From Dimorphilus gyrociliatus (lineage: Eukaryota > Animalia > Annelida), in NCBI GenBank assembly GCA_904063045.1, contig CAJFCJ010000007.1, positions 2,177,404-2,241,403 on the forward strand: a DNA stretch of 64,000 bases, in the 5' to 3' direction. The position numbers and the translations under genes were made by a program. This document shows, piece after piece, positions 1-11,860 of this stretch. A model generated the notes under the pieces. It searched no databases, was not told the DNA's origin, and worked only from the letters and a program-made list of their open reading frames with translations. Position 1 is the first letter of the stretch. Every line of letters begins with the position of its first letter.

Positions 1-515
1 CAGAAGCTGAAAGTGGGTACGAATACTGTCTAAACTGTTTAACAAAACGTCGAGACTCGGATGATGGGCTAGATGAAGACGGACAGGCTCTTTTGGGATT
101 AACATTAGACTCTTATGCCAGATATTATATGGAACTGTCAAGATATGATAAAGCTGTGTCTTTTATTAAGGATAGTCTTAAAATTGCTAGACAAGTGTTT
201 GGGGATAGCCACGAGCAAGTTGCATCTTTATATAACGATTTAGCAGCCATAGAATGTGAATTAAGAAATTTTGATGAAGCCAAGAGTAATTGTCTAAAAG
301 CCATAGAAATAAGCGAAAATCTAATTGATAAAAAGTATGAAACAACTTTATATAAGTTAAATCTTGCAGAAGTTCTTTGGCAGGTAGGTGAACTGCCAGA
401 GGCTTTATTGTATTTGAAGCAAGTAATTAGCACTTCTAAAGCATATGATTACTCCGATCTGTTTGAAAAGGCTGTTAAATTGTACAAAGAACTGAATAAG
501 AAGTTAAAAATTTAG
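1..515 (+). CDS. TTC19: 3' end of TPR-repeat protein, TTC19-like (5' part outside window)
   Basis: Frame is open from the window start (AEAESGYEYCL...ALLGLTLDSYARYY...VASLYNDLAA...YKLNLAEVL). Helical TPR repeats and the LLG.xLDSYARY segment resemble the TTC19 C-terminus. Confidence 0.6.
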   Translation, partial: EAESGYEYCLNCLTKRRDSDDGLDEDGQALLGLTLDSYARYYMELSRYDKAVSFIKDSLKIARQVFGDSHEQVASLYNDLAAIECELRNFDEAKSNCLKAIEISENLIDKKYETTLYKLNLAEVLWQVGELPEALLYLKQVISTSKAYDYSDLFEKAVKLYKELNKKLKI

Positions 516-1532
516 AGTTTAGAAAAGACAGGCTTCTCCTTTGACATTACTGCTGTAGCTGCCTCAACAACATCATGGCTTTGTAACATTGCACTGTTCA
601 TTGTTGCCTGTTTGATAATATAGTTTTAAATTGATTTAGAATAAACTACTTAAAGTATTGTTTCTTACAATATGATTTAGTCCGTCTTGAACTGAATGAT
701 CTCTTGAGTAATTCATGCTCAATTTACTTGTTTGGACTGCAATAGGACTTAGTTCAGATATTTGTGTGGCCATTTCCAAAGCTCCTTTCATCATGGCTTC
801 TTTAGTCGGGAAAACTTTATTAACGAGGCCGGCCTGGAGTGCTTCATCCGAATGCATTTGTCGACCAGAATAAACTAATTCTCTCACCAAGCTGTTGTTT
901 CCAATGACTTTGGGTAGTCTCTGTAAAGTTCCTATATCGGCTGCTAAACCGACTTTAACCTCCTTAATCTCAAAGAATGCATCTTGTGTGCAATAGCGTA
1001 TATCGCATGCAGTAACCATGTCTACTCCACCGCCTATGCAACCATTATGAATTGCGGCAATTACAGGCTTGCGACATTTTTCAATAACATTAAAACTCTC
1101 TTGCAATTTAGGAATGACCTTTGTGAGCATGAAGCTCTTTCTTCCAACATCTTCAATATCAGCTCCGTCTTGTCCAAGCGCCATGAGAGTTTGTAAATCT
1201 ATACCGCCTGAGAACATCTTACCAGCTCCACTCAAAACGATGACCCGACAATCGGGATCGAAAGACAAAGTGTTGAAACAGTCGATCATTTCACTAGAGA
1301 TAATAAACAGAAATTTAGTACTTATAAAAAGATTTTAGTTTTTAGCTCACTTAAAAAAATCCATGTTCATAGCGTTCCTTTTTTCCGGTCTATTAACTTC
1401 AACATGTTTAACAAATTCACTATGTTGGGTAACATTCAAAGCCTTATAGTTTGCCATTGTTGACATTTTATTTGAAAGGAGAGTTGATGACAGAATTCTT
1501 GGACTGAAAGCGGAGATAACGTGCTTGAACAT
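512..1532 (-). CDS. ECH1: Delta(3,5)-delta(2,4)-dienoyl-CoA isomerase (crotonase family), 3 exons
   Basis: NRPEKRNAM, VLSGAGKMFSGGIDL, KPVIAAIHNGCIGGGVD, EVKVGLAADIGTLQRLPKVIGN. Last exon read manually: ATMNSAMLQSHDVVEAATAVMSKEKPVFSKL* (PTS1 SKL). N-terminus looks like a mitochondrial presequence. Confidence 0.93.
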
Positions 1533-2151
1533 TCGAATTGTTTATAGACTTCGTACAGTGCAAAAACTAGGATCCCAATAGATCTATATAAAAGAGTGAG
1601 CGAAATTAGGGAATTTTAAATTAATATATTAGTTGAGGAAAATAAAAGAAATATTCTTAATTACAAACCTAATTACTTTGAACAAGAGAGAAAAACACAC
1701 CTTTTTATTAAAGTTGTATTTATAATTTACACTAAAGACCCTGGTGTGTATCATTAGTGAGAGAAATCGGTAATTGCTATATAAATCTTTTAAATAGTCT
1801 TTCAACCGAAAGCCTCTTTTAGCAATAAGCCATACAAGAGAAATATTCATTTATATTTATATTAATAACATGAAAACTTTAATAATCTATCAGTAATTTG
1901 ATATATAGAATTATGAAATTAATTTATGTAATCCTATTTCTCTTACTTATTAAAGAATAATCAGAGATATATATATATCTAAAGTCAGTTTCTGTAAGGT
2001 TATTTTAAGTATGATATACAGTATTTCGGTTAATGAATCAATTAAACTACAAATGTATTACCTCTCAAACTTCTTGTTTATAATTAAATCTCTAATTTTG
2101 TGTACGTTCTCTTTTTTAATATGGCAGGTGGTGTCACCTACAGTTCAGTTT

Positions 2152-3491
2152 ATGAGCAGAGGTTACACCAAAATGTCGACAAAAACAGAACTTTATGGTG
2201 AAATTACACCATTTAACGATGGCTTCCTGAAAGTTTCAGAAATTCATTCAGTCTATTATGAAGAAAGTGGAAATCCTAAAGGAAATCCGGTTATATTCCT
2301 GTAATAATTTCATTGTTTAAATTTCAGATTTTAATGTAATATTCACGTAGCAGTTGATAAGCAGATAGATAAGAAGATTTTCTTTTACAGTTGAGCTTAC
2401 CGTTATTAAAAAAACGAATAGGGCTTTTCATCAATAGAGCCGACTTAATATTTATCTTTACTAAACAAATGTATAACAAGCGTCAGTGCATTTTATTACG
2501 CATTATTCTGTTTCGGTTCAATAGCAAAATCCTACAACTTTTACCATGTTTTTATTATCTGATGCATTAGTTATCAAGTGTTAAAACGTCATCAATGTTT
2601 TAGGCATGGAGGTCCAGGAGGCGGAACATCGCCAAGAGACCGTCGATACTTCGATCCAGCAGTTTATAGGATTGTTCTTATGGACCAAAGAGGAGCGGGA
2701 AAATCGAAACCAGCTGCTGAACTACGTGAAAACACGCCTAAGCACCTGATTTCAGATATTGAAACCCTAAGAAATCATCTGGGTATTGACAAATGGGTTG
2801 TTTTTGGCGGATCGTGGGGCTCGACTTTGTCTCTTTTGTATGCAGAAGCCCATCCAGACAGAGTTAAGGCTCTTATTCTTAGAGGAATATTTACTCTAAG
2901 GAGAAAAGAAATTTTATGGCTATATCAAGAAGGAGCTAGCTTTGTTTACCCCGATCACTACGAAGAATATATTTCCGTAATACCGGAAGTAGAAAGACAC
3001 GATTTGGTGTCGGCTTATTATCGTCGTCTAACTGGACCTGACAAAGAAGAGCGACTTAAATGTGCGAGAGCTTGGAGTAAATGGGAATTAGCAACATCGC
3101 GCTTGTTTATTGACGAAGAACTACTTAGCAAAGTTGATAATGATGAATGGGCATTACAATTTGCCCGAATCGAATGTACCTATTTTGTTAAAGGCGGATT
3201 CTTTGACACAGAAAACCAAATATTCGATAACGCTTATAAAATTAAGCATATTCCAACGACAATTGTACAAGGTCGCTATGATATGGTTTGTCCAATGATA
3301 TCTGCTTGGGAATTGCATAAGGTTAAAGAGATTAAACTTTTATTTCTTAAATATTATAATTAATCGTTTTTTCATTATAGCAACTGCCGAATGCGGAATT
3401 TTTTATCATTCCCGATTCAGGTCATTCCACAAAAGAAGTAGGAACTTACAGAAAATTAGTTGAAACGGCTGAAAAGTATAAAAATCTTTGA
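2152..3491 (+). CDS. pip: Proline iminopeptidase (peptidase S33, alpha/beta hydrolase); exons ~2152-2300, 2604-3321, 3381-3491
   Basis: Spliced FL|HGGPGGG, DQRGAGKS, GGSWGS nucleophile, GRYDMVCP (Asp) and DSGHS (His) complete the triad. Start codon uncertain. Confidence 0.9.
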
Positions 3492-3652
3492 CAAACATAG
3501 CCTTTTTATTGCAAGTTGATTTCTAATTTTAATATCAAACACGCTCGTCTCTTAAATAAATCATAGTTGGTAAGCATTTCGTAATCTTTTACGTCAATAG
3601 TAATAGCCGAGTTTTGTCTAATCTCGTTTTTCTTTTTTTGTCCCCAATTCTG

Positions 3653-3677
3653 TCTCTCTCTCTCTCTCTCTCTCTCT
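3653..3677 (+). repeat. (CT)n microsatellite
   Basis: Uninterrupted TC dinucleotide run. Confidence 0.9.
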
Positions 3678-4083
3678 TTCCAACTTAATTAAGAACGAAG
3701 TTTCTAGTAAATAACTAAAAATAAACCTACTATTGTAATTTGATAAGATTATCTTGAGTTATAAAATTATGCTAAAAAATATTGCTTTTCCTTGACTTAT
3801 GATCCATTTACGGAACAATTATAGGCTGACTAATCAAGCAGAAAAGTAGAAGTATACGTGCGTAAAATTTGAATTAAAATAAGAACGATAGATATAAAAG
3901 TTTAGAGATTGATTATTGGTTGTATTGACAAAGCCGACGATATTGCAAGTGCGGTACAATGGAATATTTTATCCACTTTCGCGTTAAGTACTTAATGAAT
4001 TCAGCGGAGGTCGAGAGGGGGTAAACGAAAATCTCGAAGTATATAATATGCAGAAGAATAACGGTTAATACTGATTCATACAT

Positions 4084-5130
4084 TTAATTCTCCACTTCGG
4101 TTAAAACTCCAATGTATGGACTATGGCGAATTCCCATTGTAACAGCAGGAGAAGCTTTTTTATGTACCCAAAACTGTTGAAAAAATAAAAACAAGTGAAT
4201 CAAGTGGATTTGAAAGCTCCCTTTTATTATTGAACAAGGTATCAAGTATGTATAAGAGTGGAGAGGTCATTACCTTTTCGGGCGAATGAGCTCCTGGACC
4301 AGGCTTCCGAGTAGCGTCCGACGGTAATTGATTGCGCGCCGTAATGCTTTTGGTATTACAAATTTGTAACATTAAAAGGATTCGATAAGTAGCATTTCCT
4401 CACCTGTAAACAGGTCCGCGATATTTATATAGATCGGGATCCGTAATTTTATAAGCGCCCGGACCTGGTGCCTTAGACAAATCCTCATGAAAGCCCCCTC
4501 TATGATTACGTCCAGTAAGACTGTAAATTGGTGCCTTAGATTTGGTGCTTTCTACGCCTCCCCCTAATTGGGTTGGTAAGCTATAGTGATTCGGACCAGG
4601 AATATCGTCCGTTCGCCTTCCCCTATGTCTCAAACCAAAGCTATAAGCAGGGGGGGCACGCTGCGTTGTCTGTCCAGAATGTTCAGGAGAATAGGCACCA
4701 GGGCCGGGTACAGTATAGCCTCTCCTATCACTTGGTCTCCCGTACAAACTGTATTGTGGTGACCCGTCGCGACCATTTCGATCTATTTTTGGATCTGGAT
4801 AATAGGCAGGGCCAGGTCCGGAGTCGTCTCTCCATTTACCGTGTCTTACACCGAAGGAGTACGCGGGTCCCCTGAAGTGGGAGCCTGTAGATATAAATTT
4901 TAGTCTAGGCACTTTATTGAAAAGAAAAGCGATAGAGGATAAAGTGGACAAAAGTATGAAAAAGTGAAAGTGAGAGTTAAGCGGCTAAGGATTAGAGATG
5001 ATATATTCTTTTACGTACTCCTAGGATCGTGATCGTAATTTCCGACCAAACTTTTCAGGGCATAGATAGGACCAGGACTGCTGTATTCGGCTGCAATTGG
5101 TCCTCGACGTTTCGTTGTATTATAAGACAT
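4084..5130 (-). CDS. ODF3: ODF3/CIMAP1-like SHIPPO-repeat (PGPGAY) ciliary protein, multi-exon
   Basis: First exon MSYNTTKRRGPIAAEYSSPGPIY...HDPRS, repeated PGPGAYSPE / PAYSFG / PIYSLTGR, last exon VTMGIRHSPYIGVLTEVEN*. Confidence 0.88.
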
Positions 5131-5347
5131 ACTTTCAAACTGTGAAATGAATGGGTCGAAACGGTGAAAGCGAATCACTAAGCAACCGCTCTCACTGCTG
5201 TTGACAGAGACACCTGCTGCTATACGACATATATATTTACATAAATATATATATATTTTAATATATATATATTTATATATATAATATAGATCTTTCTTAG
5301 TTGATTGACTGACTATAGGCAGGCAAAAAAAGTTCTTTCAGGTTAGT

Positions 5348-6539
5348 TTATTCAGTTTGAGTTAAATTTTTAAAACAGTATGGCATATCCTTTTCACCTT
5401 GGCATCTAATACCGTCTATGATTTCTTGCACAATTTGAATAAAAGAAATTATCATGACAAATAGTCCGAAACAGAATACTATTGCAGGTAGAATATGATT
5501 TTTGCTCAGAAGTTGGTGTCCAGAAGATTTTACGTACGCCAAAGTTGGCAAAAGAAATATGAGCGGTATAGCCGCAAGACAACCATCGATTTCGAGCACG
5601 ATCTTTAGACATCCGGTTGTTAATGAAAGAGCAAAGGCCGAAATAACGATTAACGATGTGATGATAAGGTGACGCAAAAGAGGAGTTTTTGCATCAGAAG
5701 GTATCTTAAAAAATCTTCTAATTAGTATTTCCGCAACTTCTCTAGTCACAAAGCATTCAATTGGATAGGTTAAACCGACAACTAAGGTGAAAACCACTCT
5801 TGCGGTATTAGCAAAATCATCCGAATAACAATAATTATTTAAGAGATCTCCTTCCGTAAACCCTTTGAACGTGCAATATCCGAATATGGACAAGGACAGC
5901 ATACAAAATACGGAAATAATAACGCTAAGATGAACGACCAAAGACCACCTAGCTGTTCCAGGCTCCTTCATTGAATTAAATACAAGCAACGCATTATGAT
6001 GACACATAAAAGCATGGGACATAATCGTTATAGCTTTTAAGGCCTCTACTTTGGCAAACGTCCAATCGTCACTTGCAGACGGTCTAAGAAAGAAAACAAA
6101 CATTTGTATAAAAACTAAAGAAAAGGGAGAAATGAGTAATTAAATAAATTCTTATTTGCTGTTTTTTTTACATGATTGAGTTCATAGTTCCGAGACGAAT
6201 TGCAGTAAATATGCATAAAAATACAATAAATAAGTTTGATATAGCTGACCACTGTAAAGAATAAAAGAAAAATTAGTTGAAAAGTAAACAATCAAAGAAT
6301 ATAATACGCAATATATACAAATATTTTGAACAAAAAACGCAATAAACATGTTTATACGATCATTTAATGGCAAAATATTTGGAATATTTGTTTTCTTTCT
6401 TTTTAATACCTTGCCTAATTTATGAATATTTCTGTATGAAGATAAGGGTAACGTTAAGAATATCGTTCCTAAGAAGATAACAAACTCTCTTCTTGTGATG
6501 ACGGTATTGGCAACAGCAGCTAGAAAAAATAGAGGATTA

Positions 6540-6570
<31 letters not shown>

Positions 6571-7310
6571 TTTATTATATTATATGAATAAAATAGTTAA
6601 ATTAGTAAGACAACCTCCTCCTATCCTGCTCACCAAACGAGTGATAGTATCTCCAATAATTACATTATAAGATATCATAGCGAAAAACGGCTGAAAAAAT
6701 TGCTGAATTGTTGTTAACCACCAACCAAATTTACCATATGTAGAAAACATTAAATCTTGATATGAGGTAACTTTGGAATTTTGAGCAGCAATTATAAGAA
6801 GATTTAACGTATAATCTATAGAAATATCACAATTTTATAGATAAATTATGTATTAATTAACGTGTTGAAAGCATATGCGTTTGAGAAATTTATAGTACCG
6901 GTTACGACTCCCATGATCAAAATAAAGATGATGCCTAATCCTATTCCTGCTTCCTTTAACGTATATGGCATTCCAATAATCCCACTTCCTAAAATCGAAT
7001 TAATCATATTCATAGAAGCTAAAGCGTTATTGCTCTTTTCCGTGTTATCCGTTGTCTTTAATAATTGCAATGATATTAGGTAAACGGGGTATAAAAACTT
7101 ATTGTATGAATAAAAAAGCAGTAACATTCGATTACAGACATACTAACTACAAAAACGCAATATATACAGTAAAAAAGCTGATTTACTAACGTCGTTCGTT
7201 TTCTCTTCATCTCGTTCTTCTGGACTTGAACCGTATTTACTCTCGGATATATTGTACTTTTCACCATCCAATATCTGTAGCTCTTCTCCTTCCATTGAAT
7301 CCGACATCAT
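5348..7310 (-). CDS. SLC38A11: Amino acid transporter, SLC38A11-like (APC/AAAP family), multi-exon
   Basis: ASMNMINSILGSGIIGMPY, AITIMSHAFMCHHNALLVF, GYCTFKGFTEGDLLNNYC, TYPIECFVTREV and multiple TM helices. Start MMSDSMEGEE at 7310. Confidence 0.88.
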
Positions 7311-7683
7311 GTTTTTAATATAAGCTCAAGTTGGCATTTAAAAGCTCAAAAAATAACTGATGATAAGTCTCAATAGTGTATGACATCTGTTACCACTGAC
7401 CGTATGAAAGTCGATAGTGCAATCATACATTCAATAATTGCTCTAAATTTTACTGAATTGAAAGCCTATAGTCAACATATTATCAATTAGAACTGCTATA
7501 ATTGCAATTTACTTCCTTATTTCAGTCACTTTTAACAATATTTAATTAGAGTCATTACGATGACGTGTATAAGCCAATTTCAAATTACAATAATTATAAC
7601 AATATTAAAAAAAATCTCTTCAAAACATATATAATTAATAGAATTATGCTAAAAGACTAAAAATAAATATTATACGTTCAGAT

Positions 7684-8004
7684 ATGGGTTGTTGTTTCAC
7701 AAAGAAAAAGACTAAAGAAACTGCTGAGAGCGGTAATAAATCGCCCAAACCCCTTAAGCCTATAATTGTTAAGGAAAAGGAGAATAAGGATCCTAGTAAA
7801 ACCGATGATAAAAAAGAGAATAATCAAGAAAATACGATAATAGTAAACACTTACGAAAACGATGAGCCTGATAAAGTAAATTTGAGTGTTCTAGTATCGG
7901 AAGAGAGCGAATTAAAGACTGAACAGACGACTACTATATTAGATGAAGACGATGACAGATATAAGACTATGGGAAAAGTAGGGTCTAGGGAATCTATCGT
8001 CTAA
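7684..8004 (+). CDS. Small single-exon protein with MGCC N-myristoylation/palmitoylation motif, unknown function
   Basis: 106-aa ATG ORF: MGCCFTKKK, a charged disordered body, and C-terminal SRESIV. Confidence 0.7.
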   Translation: MGCCFTKKKTKETAESGNKSPKPLKPIIVKEKENKDPSKTDDKKENNQENTIIVNTYENDEPDKVNLSVLVSEESELKTEQTTTILDEDDDRYKTMGKVGSRESIV

Positions 8005-8079
8005 TTAACAGATCTTGATACGGCTTATATAGCCTAAAATATTTACATAACAGGTATTTGTGTATAAAACAAAAGCAAT

Positions 8080-9648
8080 TTATTGTTTCTGATAAGCCGA
8101 AGTACTTTCATATAAATGACTTGAGCCGCCGCTACTCTGCCGACTATACGAACCGACTGGCGCGACAATAAAGTTTGCTCCGGGATAGGTTTCAGGCAAT
8201 TTCATTATTCCGAATTTGTTTTCAAATCGTTCCTTTTCTTTCTTTATCATTCTGACTCGAAGAATCGTCAAAATAATAAAAGGTACGAAGAAGGCAATAA
8301 AGCATCCCAAAATTGTTGCTCCCAGGATAGCCTTGCCTTTCCTAGATTCTAAGAAAGACTCTTCTACCCTTATATTATAAATCTTCAATTTACAAGTAGT
8401 AATCGGATAAACCCAGCGTTGATCTTTGCATGTTAAAGGCCAAGTTTCGTCCGAACCGTGACATCCGGTCACGAAACTTCCGTCCGTCTCGCTCCGTATC
8501 CATCCATTTTCTGGAGGTTCATTTGGCTCTGGACAGCCCAATACCGTTATTTCTAATAGAAATCGCATTTCTTTTATCTCGTTTAATCGTATTTCCACTG
8601 AATTGGTTGTCGTCTTTAGAACATGATTCCGTCTCTTATTACTCGAGCATACGGCTCGCTCTTTCTCACTTTAATAGAGCATAATTAAAGAAAGCACTAA
8701 AGTATTGTAATTAGAATACTTGGTAATTATTTTCGCGTATTCAATACACGTATCATCCGGGTTACGTTGTTCAGTGAAGAAATCGTGCAGTGTGATGTTA
8801 AAAGTGTAGCCTTGTGCAGCCCGTATCTTGTAATTATGACAAGTAGCTGAAGAAAAAGAAGACATACTCGCTAAATAACGCGTTTCGTCTAGACCCAACT
8901 GGATAATTGACGAATCGCAATTGGAAAATCTATTAGAGACCCCGCGGCAAACGTAATCCGCCTCGAAGTAAGTTCTGAGCGCTGCATTGCACGGGTTCAA
9001 ATCATCGAAAATCGTTACCGGAAGGAATTCACATCTCTTTAAACGACCTGAACAGTGTCTGTCAGCTAGAAAAGAGATGAAAATTCAGTTTAAAATCTCG
9101 ACTATATATACATTACCGTATTCTAGGAAATATATTAGGCCTATACTTTTATTATATGTATTTAATTTTAACCTCTTTGTATAACGTTTTTTGAGCATCC
9201 TACAGCCCAGTCTTCTGTTTGTTTTATGCAAGAACCAAGTTTCATAATACCATAAAATGCGTGACTCATTACAACAATTTCATTTGTACCGCATTCCGCC
9301 TTAAATGTGTTACCAATGCAATAGTCTTTGAACGCTAAAAATATTACATGCATATTTTAGAGAAAAAGTAAACAATTGCTATTTGTCTCTAATACATCCC
9401 ATTCTCTATACGTATATAGCAATTTCATACTGTAAAATGCAAACTCACGTTTCCATTCTCCCTCCCTTTTGTGACATTTTCAAGCGATAGTTTGCCAATA
9501 GAAATGTCACCGAAAATAGGCGTTGGCAAACAAAAGTACAGTATCCTCTCCCGAAAAACAGTAATAATTTCTACTTACCATAAACAATAATATTCAAGTT
9601 GATTGTAATTATCGTTAATATGAGAAAATTTAAGTTTAAGTAGACCAT
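8080..9648 (-). CDS. Type I membrane receptor paralog A: signal peptide + SUEL/Gal-lectin + CUB-like + sushi-like + TM + Tyr tail; exons 9648-9579, 9334-9173, 9065-8720, 8668-8080
   Basis: Phase-consistent splicing gives MVYLNLNFLILTIITINLNIIVY|AFKDYCIGNTFKAEC...YGIMKLGSC...ADRHCSGR...YFEADYVC (SUEL), YKIRAAQGYTFNITLHDF...TTNSVEIRL (CUB), GCPEPNEPPENGW...LTCKDQRW (sushi), then a TM helix. Confidence 0.82.
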
Positions 9649-10242
9649 TGTTAATTCTTTATTTGATTATCTTGAACTTTTTACTTTCTTTTCAAATAGG
9701 CCTGTTGATCTGTACAAAAGAAAGGTTTGTAACAAAATAAATAAGAAGGAAGGGGAGGGGGGTGAGAGGCGCTGGCAGAAAGATATAAAGCGTGCCGGTG
9801 GGGGGAAGACGGGAATCGAGAGAGAGAGAGAGAGAGAAAGACGAAAAGAAAGAAAGAAAGAGGCAAATATACAAACAAACAAACATACAAACATAATAAA
9901 ATAAAGTAAAATCGAAAGAAAGAGATGGAATAAAGATAATAGGAAAAGAATAGAAATAAAAATGTACATCCCCTATTCATTATTATATAAATTAGTTGAT
10001 AGAAAATCTAAGTGGAACTTACCAGGATTATTTTCGCTTCCTTCTTTTTCCGGTGCTTAATAAGTTTTATTTAGGTATACTTTCATTTATATATGTATAT
10101 ATTTATATATTTAGGCGTTTATGAGAAATAAAAAGTAATAAATAATTCTTGAGGTTTTATAGAACTTCCTGCGCTCTAAAAACACAAGCAATTTGCGCTC
10201 TTCACGTTAAATACAACCGTTTGCATAGAGGAGGAGAATGCA

Positions 10243-10584
10243 ATTGGCGGGGTCGCATATAATTAGGAGGGGAGGGGAGAAGGTGGGGGAATTTTATATT
10301 TCGATATAGAAAATGAGCAATAGATGGCGTACGAACTGCCGTATTTTATTTTATTTTCTGGGAGCATTTAATCAAATAAATTGGCCACTAAAATGCTATC
10401 CAATCATCGGCTATTGATTATTCAAAGCACTGATCAGCGCTTAGTGTAAAAAAAGGGTTTAGAAAAAAAGAGCGTTCACGATATCACCTTTTAAGGATAA
10501 AGTATTTTATTGAAAAATCGTTTTGAACTAAAACACGGATGGTCGATAAACGAACAATTAAATCAATCTGTAGAGAATCATTGG
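10243..10584. promoter_or_regulatory. Candidate bidirectional promoter between receptor paralogs A and B
   Basis: ATTGG/CCAAT at 10243, 10380, 10400 and 10580, plus GGCGGG at 10246. It lies between inferred 5'UTR exons: a minus-strand GTAAGT donor near 10023 and a plus-strand donor near 10798. Confidence 0.4.
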
Positions 10585-11860
10585 CCGGAAAAAATTTTCA
10601 GTTCGATTACCAAGGCCAGGCTTCTCTCTCTCTTTTCTATCTCTCTTTTCTCTTTCTCTCCTTTCCTTAACCCCAGAGCTCTCAACTAATAACGACTGTC
10701 GAGAAAAGGGACGCATGAATATTTCAAGGCATTTGGGATGGGATAGTGTGTTATTTTCGGTCTAAAAGAAAAACAACATCTGGAAAGGAAAAAAAGAGTA
10801 ACGTTATCACCTCAACATTAAACGCTTATACTAACGTAATGCAAACGCATTTAAGTGCAAATGAGGTTTCAGACGCCCGAGAATAACTGTCATTGCTTGA
10901 TTGCCAAAAATTGTTGCTTATCTTTTACCGATCTGACTTGGTTCAATCTACTTACTCGACTGAATGCTCCTTTCCTTCAATAAACTTTTGGATTATTCAT
11001 GTCTTGACGACTTGACATATCCAAATTTTCAATATTTACATGCGTATGTTATGTAGATGCATTTTATATTTAACTAAACTAATTAGCAATATTTATCTAT
11101 TTATTCCACTATATATATATATATATAATATGTACTGTATCTGTTTGGGGGAATGAAAGGAAGAGACGCTACTAAAGCTTAATCGTTAATGCGCTTGAAT
11201 ACTGATATATTTTGCAATAAATATCAAGTTTTGTTTAATTAATTATGGAAAATAGTATAATAGGTTAGTCATGTAACTTTTATTCGTTCATTCATTGCGT
11301 TTTACAACGCTTTGACATTTCTCCTTTAGAGTAACGTCAACTTTTAAAAAACAACTGTCACAATTCACGCATATATAGTGGTGTATATACTGTTAATACA
11401 CAGTAAATCTATTCTGATATATATATATATATATATACCTATCGAACGACAATAAACATTTTTGAATATTCAATATGCAGTAGATATGGGCGACATGCCG
11501 TCCTTATGCGACGGATTAATATAGAAATTAGCCTCCCGCCGACTAAAAACGCGAATGAAAACAAGCCGGAAAGGCATATTAATAGCTTTATTGAACTTGG
11601 AGTGTAGTTTAACCTTAAAAAAAAAGGTATAGAAAAGAAATTATATTACTCTATTGAAAAATCTTGCATTTTAATTAGTAAATAGAGTTGGATGTAAAGA
11701 AAGAAAAAATAAAGAGACGGTAGAAACTTCCCAAGTGCAACCCAACCAAGACTCTCGTACAAACAAAGGTCAGTCGTTCGTTCAACATTTTACCGCCAGA
11801 GTGCACAAAGAACGAAGCAGTAATCGTGTTGCTGTTTTCCAGATTTTTTTGTTATAAGAG

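Noticed and set aside
9667-9980. Hydrophobic ORFs resembling membrane proteins (also 17575-17869, 18689-18904, 20224-20635, 22396-22722)
   Set aside because: They derive from (GA)n/(CT)n and poly-A/T tracts in introns and intergenic DNA and have no family motifs.
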